NCBI GenBank assembly: GCA_016710965.1
Contig: JADJTW010000031.1
Location: 727,887-791,886, forward strand
DNA from: Flavobacteriales bacterium
Lineage (GTDB): Bacteria; Bacteroidota; Bacteroidia; Flavobacteriales_F; PHOS-HE28
Direction: 5' to 3'
DNA length: 64,000 bases
Below the pieces are notes generated by a model that worked only from the letters and a program-made list of their open reading frames with translations, was not told the DNA's origin and made no database searches. Both the position numbers and the translations under genes were made by a program. Positions 57,807 to 64,000 of this stretch are shown piece by piece (position 1 is the first letter of the stretch; each line of letters begins with the position of its first letter).

Positions 57807-59269
57807 GGCGCTGTGGACTTGTCGGAACACGATTCGCCTCGTGCGCATTGGTCGCCATATGTGCTCCGATGCAGATCTTGGCGCAGCAGCGGAATGCCAA
57901 CTGGCTCAATGCAGGAGTGTGGATGGAATTCGAGTCCGGAGCACCTGTTCTCGCGCCGACGCCTCCGCAAGTGGGCGTCGGGGCCTCGTTGAGCGACACC
58001 ACCGGACAGTTGCGCGTCTATGTGACTTCAGCTACGGCCAATGGCGGTCTTAAAGGCCCCGATCACCAGTTAGCGGACAACCATCCAGACCCCAGCATCC
58101 TTGTCAGCGGTGATTGGATAGGCCGTTCTCTTTTCGTGCCTAAGCCCGGGCAGCCCGACCACGCGTTCTTCATTTACAACCAGACCTACTTCCCTGGAGG
58201 CGGTGAGGTCAACCGGGTAGGTTGGTTGGAGCTCGATCTTTCAGCGGACCACCCGGTTGTTGTGAACAACGACTTCACGTGGTTCACGACCGACGCTACC
58301 CGCAAGCGGTTTGCCGTTCCCCACGCCAACGGATCGGATTATTGGCTGGTATTGCAGAGGATGGACATCAACCTGTTCCAAGCGCACGCCATATCTGCAA
58401 GTGGGGTGGACCCGATACCCGTCCTGAGCCAGACAGGAGCATGGCCGCCCGAATCTTGGACCTTCGGCATGATGACCCCGAACAACCAGGGCGATCGATT
58501 CGCTTCAGTGACGGGGCCCGGAAACTACGACTGGACCGATACGACCTCGGCCATTGCGGAGGTCTTCCATTTCGACCAGGCAACCGGTGAGGTCAGCTTG
58601 GAGTTGGCACTGCCTGGCCTGCGTCGTGTAAAGGGGGTTGAATTCAGCCCGAATGGCCGCTTCCTCTACGTTGCAGAGCTGCACACGCCACCTGGGGCCT
58701 ATGAGCCCGCTTCCCGCCGCCTGTATCAGTACGACATGGAAGCGACAGACCCTATCGCATCTCGGCTGCTGATCCACTCGCACTCCTTCACGAGCATGAA
58801 CCTCCCGAGCATCAACGTGCTCGCGTTGGCGCCCGATGGCCGCATCTACCAGGCACCGGACCTTTACGGCACCGCCCTCGGGATCATTCGCCGCCCGGAT
58901 GAACTCGGCCTGGCCTGTGACTACGTGCATGACAGCTTTTCCTGCCAGACTGTGATCTACTCGTTGCCCAGTCCGGTGAAGTGCTACCACGATGATTCAC
59001 TGGTGGTGGCATTGGCAATAGGTGAGCGTACGCGAACAACCGCGCTGCGCGCCTATCCCAACCCAGCGCGTGAGAATATCCGTATCCAAGGACCAGCTTT
59101 TGGCGCTGCTCTAGCAAATTTCCGCGATGCAATGGGCCGCGTCGTGCTCACCAGCAAATACGCCAACGGCAGCTTCGACATCAGTTCCTTGGCCAGCGGC
59201 AGCTACGTAGTGGAGGTATGCGATGCGCGCGGCACACGCTTGGGTGCGGCAAGGGTGATGAAGGAGTGA
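57803..59269 (+). CDS. secreted protein with T9SS type-A C-terminal sorting domain
   Basis: Signal peptide ...ALVAICAPMQILAQQ; CTD ...AYPNPARENIRIQG...GSYVVEVCDARG. Confidence 0.5.
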   Translation: MRRCGLVGTRFASCALVAICAPMQILAQQRNANWLNAGVWMEFESGAPVLAPTPPQVGVGASLSDTTGQLRVYVTSATANGGLKGPDHQLADNHPDPSILVSGDWIGRSLFVPKPGQPDHAFFIYNQTYFPGGGEVNRVGWLELDLSADHPVVVNNDFTWFTTDATRKRFAVPHANGSDYWLVLQRMDINLFQAHAISASGVDPIPVLSQTGAWPPESWTFGMMTPNNQGDRFASVTGPGNYDWTDTTSAIAEVFHFDQATGEVSLELALPGLRRVKGVEFSPNGRFLYVAELHTPPGAYEPASRRLYQYDMEATDPIASRLLIHSHSFTSMNLPSINVLALAPDGRIYQAPDLYGTALGIIRRPDELGLACDYVHDSFSCQTVIYSLPSPVKCYHDDSLVVALAIGERTRTTALRAYPNPARENIRIQGPAFGAALANFRDAMGRVVLTSKYANGSFDISSLASGSYVVEVCDARGTRLGAARVMKE

Positions 59270-59403
59270 TTCGTGACGGCCTACTCGACGACAACAGCAA
59301 AGGCCGCGTAGGCCCCTACATCGTGGTCTTCGAGGTCTTCAACCTGGAGGGGAATACCGAGCGGTACAAGAAGACGGTGACGTTGGCGCATCGGTTGAAC
59401 TAG
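59270..59403 (+). repeat. orphan 3' remnant of a T9SS type-B CTD (about 88% nt identity to 57150-57280)
   Basis: Encodes ...LLDDNSKGRVGPYIVVFEVFNLEGNTERYKKTVTLAHRLN* in a different frame from the upstream gene, with no start codon. Confidence 0.55.
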
Positions 59404-59492
59404 CCGCTGAGCACCAGGCCCTTCCGTTGTTGGCATTCTCTGCGCCTTCTGCCTCTCTGCGGTTTCCTGCATTCCGCAACTTCGTCCCCGTT

Positions 59493-60803
59493 ATGACCGA
59501 CCAACTGACCAAGAGCCAGGAGCTCATCGCCCGCCGCAAGACTGCCGTACCGAACGGGGTGGGCATGTTCAACTACGCCACCGCCGCCAAGGCCCATGGC
59601 GCCAATATCATCGATGAGGACGGCCGCGAGCTGATCGACTTCGCGGGCGGCATCGGCGTGGTGAACGCGGGCCACTGCCCTCCTCCTGTGGTGAAGGCCA
59701 TCCAGGAGCAGGCCGAGAAGTTCCTGCACGTAAGCTTCAACGTGGCGAGCTACGAGCCGTACATCGCGCTTTGCGAAAAGTTGAACTCGCTTCTTCCGCA
59801 TGGCGGACCGACGAAGACACTGCTGGTAAGCACGGGAGCCGAAGCGGTGGAGAACGCGATCAAGATCGCCCGCCAGGCCACCAAGCGCCAAGGCGTGCTC
59901 TGCTTCACCGATGCCTTCCATGGTCGCACGATGATGGCGATGACGCTCACGAGCAAGGTGGGCTACAAGCCGGACTGCGGACCCTTCGCCCCGGAAGTCT
60001 ATCGCACACAGTTCCCCAACTTCTATCGCTACGGTGCTGGTCGCAGCGAAGCTGAATTCGTGAAGGCCGAGCTGAACCGGCTCGAAGAACTTTCGCACAA
60101 CACCGTCGCACCGGAGAACCTCGCGGCCGTGATCATCGAGACCGTGCAGGGCGAAGGCGGCTTCAACGTGGTGCCTGCTGCGTACTTGAAAGGACTGCGC
60201 GCCTTCTGCGACAAGCACGGCATCCTGCTGATCCTCGACGAGATCCAGAGCGGCTTCGGCCGCACGGGTTCCTGGAGCGCATTCGAGCAGTTCGGCGTGG
60301 TGCCCGACATAAGCACATGGGCCAAGAGCCTCGGCAGCGGCATGCCGATCGCGGCCGTCATGGGCAAGGCCGCCATCATGGACAAGGCCGGCCCCAGCAG
60401 CATCGGAGGCACCTACATCGGCAACCCGGTAAGCTGCGCGGCGGCACTGGCCACGATCAAGTACATGGAGGAGATCGACATCAACGCGAAGGGAAGGCAT
60501 GTGGGCGAGGTGATCCGCGCGCGCTTCGAGAAGATGAAGGCTAAGCACACCCAGATCGGCGACGTGCGCGGCCTGGGTGCCATGATGGCCATCGAGTTCG
60601 TGAAGAACGGCGACCCGCTGCAACCCGATGCCGATACCTGCAACGCGCTGATGAACGCCTGCGCCAAGCGCGACCTCGTGGTGATCAATGCGGGCACGGA
60701 GAAGAACGTGATCCGCGTGCTAAGCCCGTTGGTGATCAGCGATGCGCTGCTGAACAAGGGCCTGGATATCATGGAAGAGGAACTGGACAAGATCCTGGGA
60801 TAG
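59493..60803 (+). CDS. gabT: 4-aminobutyrate aminotransferase-like class-III PLP aminotransferase
   Basis: ARRKTAVPNGVGMFNYATAAKAHGANIIDEDGRELIDFAGGIGVVNAGHCPPPVV...ILDEIQSGFGRTG...STWAKSLGSG. Confidence 0.75.
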   Translation: MTDQLTKSQELIARRKTAVPNGVGMFNYATAAKAHGANIIDEDGRELIDFAGGIGVVNAGHCPPPVVKAIQEQAEKFLHVSFNVASYEPYIALCEKLNSLLPHGGPTKTLLVSTGAEAVENAIKIARQATKRQGVLCFTDAFHGRTMMAMTLTSKVGYKPDCGPFAPEVYRTQFPNFYRYGAGRSEAEFVKAELNRLEELSHNTVAPENLAAVIIETVQGEGGFNVVPAAYLKGLRAFCDKHGILLILDEIQSGFGRTGSWSAFEQFGVVPDISTWAKSLGSGMPIAAVMGKAAIMDKAGPSSIGGTYIGNPVSCAAALATIKYMEEIDINAKGRHVGEVIRARFEKMKAKHTQIGDVRGLGAMMAIEFVKNGDPLQPDADTCNALMNACAKRDLVVINAGTEKNVIRVLSPLVISDALLNKGLDIMEEELDKILG

Positions 60804-60808
60804 ATAGC

Positions 60809-60862
60809 GGTTGTCAGTTGTCGGTTGTCCGTCCCGACAACTGACAACCGACAACGAACAAC
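60809..60862. terminator. inverted repeat of heptad units (gttgtcR)3 - cgtcc - (gacaacY)3; likely terminator/attenuator stem-loop
   Basis: Seen directly; each arm is about 21 nt and the pairing is imperfect between registers. Confidence 0.45.
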
Positions 60863-60869
60863 TAGATCG

Positions 60870-61841
60870 ATGAAGCCCTTCTCCATCGCCGGCATCCAGA
60901 TGCGCGTCAGCTCTTCCTCCTCCAACGTGGAGGCGATGAAGCTGAAGCTGGACATCCTCATGAACATGTATCCATGGGTGGACATGGTGCTCTTCAGCGA
61001 GCTCTGCGCCTATGGGCCGCTCACGGCCAACGCACAGGCGGTGCCGGGCGAATTCGAACAGGAGATGTGCGCGGCCGCCGCCAAGCACGGCATCTGGCTG
61101 CTGCCTGGCAGCATCTTCGAAAAGTCGCTCGATGATGCAGGAAACGACCGGATCTACAACACCGCCACGGTGATCGACCCCGAGGGCAGCGTGGTAGCGC
61201 GCTACCGCAAGATGTTCCCTTTCTACCCTTATGAAGTGGGGGTTACCGGCGGACATGAGTTCTGCGTGTTCGACGTTCCGGAGGTGGGCAAGTTCGGGGT
61301 GAGCATCTGCTACGACATGTGGTTCCCCGAAACCACGCGCACGCTTGCGGTAATGGGTGCCGAGGTCATCCTGCATCCCACGCTCACCGGCACCATCGAT
61401 CGGGAGATCGAATTGAGCATCGCACGGGCAAGTGCGGCGATCAACCAGTGCTACTTCTTCGACATCAACGGCCTCGATGCTGGCGGAAGTGGTCGCAGCA
61501 TCGTGTGCGGTCCGGAGGGCCGTGTGATCTACCAGGCGGAGAACAACGAGGAGTTCATCCCGATCGAGATCAACCTGGAGAAGGTGCGGCGCAGCCGGGA
61601 ACTGGGCGTGCTGCGCCTGGGCCAGCCGCTGAAAAGCTTTCGCGACCACATGATCGACTTCAGCGTTTACCAGAAGGGCGCGAAGCACCCGTACTTGGAA
61701 AGCCTCGGCCCGTTGATCAAGCCGAAACGTGTGCAGGAGCTGGGCGAACTCCAGATCAAGGACGAAGCGCGCCAGGCGCAGGATCCAAAGCCTACGGTCA
61801 TATCGTCTTTTCGTCCACCCAGCGACCCGTACACCATTTGA
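60870..61841 (+). CDS. carbon-nitrogen hydrolase (nitrilase-superfamily amidase)
   Basis: MKPFSIAGIQM...E...K...C triad context (VSICYDMWFPE) with GAEVILHP. Confidence 0.7.
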   Translation: MKPFSIAGIQMRVSSSSSNVEAMKLKLDILMNMYPWVDMVLFSELCAYGPLTANAQAVPGEFEQEMCAAAAKHGIWLLPGSIFEKSLDDAGNDRIYNTATVIDPEGSVVARYRKMFPFYPYEVGVTGGHEFCVFDVPEVGKFGVSICYDMWFPETTRTLAVMGAEVILHPTLTGTIDREIELSIARASAAINQCYFFDINGLDAGGSGRSIVCGPEGRVIYQAENNEEFIPIEINLEKVRRSRELGVLRLGQPLKSFRDHMIDFSVYQKGAKHPYLESLGPLIKPKRVQELGELQIKDEARQAQDPKPTVISSFRPPSDPYTI

Positions 61842-61943
61842 GCGTATGCAGGTGATGGCGGCAAACGCAACGATCCTTCCGTCATCACCACCATCACCAT
61901 AAGCTCCTCCCCCAACACCTCACTTCCATTTACTTGCACTGAA

Positions 61944-62439
61944 ATGGGCAGCACCGCAGGCAACAGCAAGCACCACGCACGGCTGAAGAACTACATCAGC
62001 TGGTTCGAGATCCCCGTGTACGACATCCACCGCGCCGCCGCATTCTACAACCTGATCATGGCATCGAAATGGAGATCAGCATCAATGGTGAGTTCGCCAT
62101 GGCCTATTTCCCCGCCGACGAAGGCGTGGGCGGCGCGCTCATCGCCGGTCCGGGCTGCTACCCCAGCGATGTCGGCTCGCTCATCTACCTCAACGCCGGC
62201 AACGACCTCGAAGGCGTGCTCGGTCGCGTGGAACTGGCCGGCGGCCGCGTGATCATGGCCAAGACGCACATCAACGACGCCTCCGGGAACTTCGCGCTTT
62301 TCATAGACAGTGAAGGGAACCGCTTGGCGCTGCACGAGGGACCCGCCCGAAGCGGACCGGCACCAAAGGCCGCAAAGACCAAGGTGAAGGCGGTGAAGAA
62401 GGCGACGGCCTCGCACGCCGTGAAGAAGGTGGCCAAGAA
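61944..62439 (+). CDS. VOC-family (glyoxalase/bleomycin-resistance fold) protein with a Lys-rich tail, split by a 1-nt frameshift near 62050
   Basis: N-terminus KNYISWFEIPVYDIHRAAAFYNLI in frame 0, then MEISINGEFAMAYFPADEGVGGALIAGPG...GNRLALHE in frame +2. Reading atgg as atggg rejoins them. Confidence 0.5.
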
Positions 62440-62723
62440 GAAACGCTAGGGTATTCTCTTGCCAATGCGGCTCGGCGCACGTGGCCGGAACTGAGCTCCG
62501 CCATCTTTCCCATCGGCTTACCCCGCCTGCCAGATAGCAGCTCCACCGCCCGTTCCCACTTCAACGCCGTGCGCCTTCGTTCCCATACTTGGGACCAACT
62601 GAAGCCGGCTGCTTCGGCCTTGTATGAAGGGCGGGGAATAGGGTCGATGCGCGAAGAAGGGTGCGCGGTCGATCTCCATGGCGCTCCGGCTTGCCTATAC
62701 CTTCGATGCCCAACCCCTTCACC

Positions 62724-63230
62724 ATGTTTCGCAACCTCAACGTTCTTTGCTTCGCACTGTTGTTCTCCGGCACGTTCGCCCAACAACCCTGTGCCGCATA
62801 CCTGGGCGGTTGCTATTTCATCAATTGCAAGAGCCTTATCAGCTATCGCGGTCAGGACATCTGCACATTCGCGGACTGGAATGACCCCATCGCCTCGGTA
62901 GGGTTGGATGTGTATGGCGCCACCCACAAGCTGGAGGCCCAGGTGAAGGACGGCAAGTTGGTCCTGGGTTCAGCCACACGCTTCAAGTTGAAGAGCAGCG
63001 CAACCGAATTCAGCCTCACAGATGGCAGCACGGATCGCGTCATCTGCATGCTGAAAATGGTGCCCAGCACGGTGCCTGAAGCCTCGTGCCAAGTGAACGT
63101 TTGGTTGGACCTCTACGTGTCTGGTGCGGGCTATTTCCATTGCGATCCGCAAACCAGCAATGAGCCTTTCATGCAGAACATGGGGGGCGCACTGTTCAAG
63201 AACAGCAAGAGCGCGCTGGTCCTGAATTGA
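62724..63230 (+). CDS. small secreted protein of unknown function (7 Cys)
   Basis: Signal peptide MFRNLNVLCFALLFSGTFAQ. Confidence 0.35.
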   Translation: MFRNLNVLCFALLFSGTFAQQPCAAYLGGCYFINCKSLISYRGQDICTFADWNDPIASVGLDVYGATHKLEAQVKDGKLVLGSATRFKLKSSATEFSLTDGSTDRVICMLKMVPSTVPEASCQVNVWLDLYVSGAGYFHCDPQTSNEPFMQNMGGALFKNSKSALVLN

Positions 63231-63235
63231 TCACC

Positions 63236-64000
63236 ATGCTGATGATGCGCACCTGGACTGTTGCTGCAGCGCTCCTTTTGTTCGGTTATGGCCGCGCACA
63301 GGACCTCAGTGGCGATGCGATCTACGAACGCTGCGCCGGCGCTATCATGCAGATCGGCGTGCGCGACGACCTGGGCCGCATGCAGGGCACCGGCAGCGGC
63401 ATCGTACTGAAGGATAGTGCGTGGTTGCTGACGAACCACCACATTTTCGAGCACGGTGGATACCTGATGGCGGAGAAGGATGGCGAACCATTGGATATCA
63501 CCGGTGGCATTGTGCGCGCCGATGCGAAGCACGATGTGCTGATCCTGAAGATCAAACCGGAGATCTTCCCAGAGCTTTGGAAGAAGATCCCGGATCTCGA
63601 TGTGGTGCTCTTCGACCAGCTTAAACGTGGACAAAGGGTGTATGCCATCGGCAACCCTGCCGACCTGGAGACTACCATCACCGATGGATTGATCAGTGGG
63701 TTGCGCATGGCCGAAGACACCGCCTCGCAGTTGGTGCAGATCAGCGCACCCATCAGCCCCGGCAGCAGTGGGGGCGGGGTGTTCGATGGGCAGGGGCGGC
63801 TCATCGGCATGACCTCGTTCATCATGCGGCCGCGGAGCACCCAGAACCTGAATTTCGCCTTGCCCATGGACCAGGTCCTGTTCTGGGATCGCACCGACAC
63901 CCGCCACGATATCTCCGAGACGAAATGGCACCCGCAGTTCATCGCTGGCTATGAGGCGTGGAAGGCCCATGATTGCAACCTGGCCGCGGCACACTTCCGA
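63236..64000 (+). CDS. trypsin-like (S1/DegP-type) serine peptidase, partial at the 3' end of the window
   Basis: Signal peptide; LLTNHHI (His), DVLIL (Asp), SPGSSGGGVFD (Ser); there is no stop before the window end. Confidence 0.55.
   Translation, partial: MLMMRTWTVAAALLLFGYGRAQDLSGDAIYERCAGAIMQIGVRDDLGRMQGTGSGIVLKDSAWLLTNHHIFEHGGYLMAEKDGEPLDITGGIVRADAKHDVLILKIKPEIFPELWKKIPDLDVVLFDQLKRGQRVYAIGNPADLETTITDGLISGLRMAEDTASQLVQISAPISPGSSGGGVFDGQGRLIGMTSFIMRPRSTQNLNFALPMDQVLFWDRTDTRHDISETKWHPQFIAGYEAWKAHDCNLAAAHFR

Noticed and set aside
1-64000. CRISPR arrays, rRNA genes, tRNA genes, IS elements or integrases
   Set aside because: No regularly spaced direct repeats, no rRNA-like conserved segments, no cloverleaf-like sequences in the intergenic regions checked by eye (1099-1222, 16245-16350, 23472-23625, 29456-29594, 37246-37389, 62440-62723), and no transposase or integrase motifs were seen. 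A tRNA scan was not possible.

Overview
This 64 kb window is high-GC (about 60-63%) Bacteroidota chromosomal DNA. Supporting evidence: sigma-A promoters of the TTG / TAnnTTTG type, many T9SS C-terminal sorting domains, a DUF4412 protein, the long-form IspG and an ileS-dksA-lspA neighbourhood. Recognisable housekeeping genes include ispG, hemW, metG, purQ, a yceD-rpmF-plsX-fabH-accB-accC block, dxs, nuoA, ileS, lspA, asd and a gabT-like aminotransferase. Between them sit accessory islands of lower GC (about 50-55%). These hold a tandem array of T9SS-secreted paralogues with a 1390-residue HExxH metalloprotease / beta-helix cargo gene disrupted by frameshifts, and an in-frame TGA in one paralogue. 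They also hold a second T9SS island with a CTD-remnant repeat, a poly-C tract at the start of a Cys-rich secreted protein gene, and a low-GC orphan membrane protein. Other notable items are a cluster of three adjacent GT-C-like polytopic membrane proteins (TMTC/DUF1736-like and ArnT/PMT-like) plus a fourth TMTC-like TPR protein near ispG, an LTD-CotH protein, a ParE-type toxin-antitoxin pair, a nuoA gene followed by a nuoB truncated after about 68 codons, and several genes split at homopolymer runs. No rRNA, tRNA, CRISPR or transposase genes were recognised. Coordinates I derived myself may be off by 1-3 nt.
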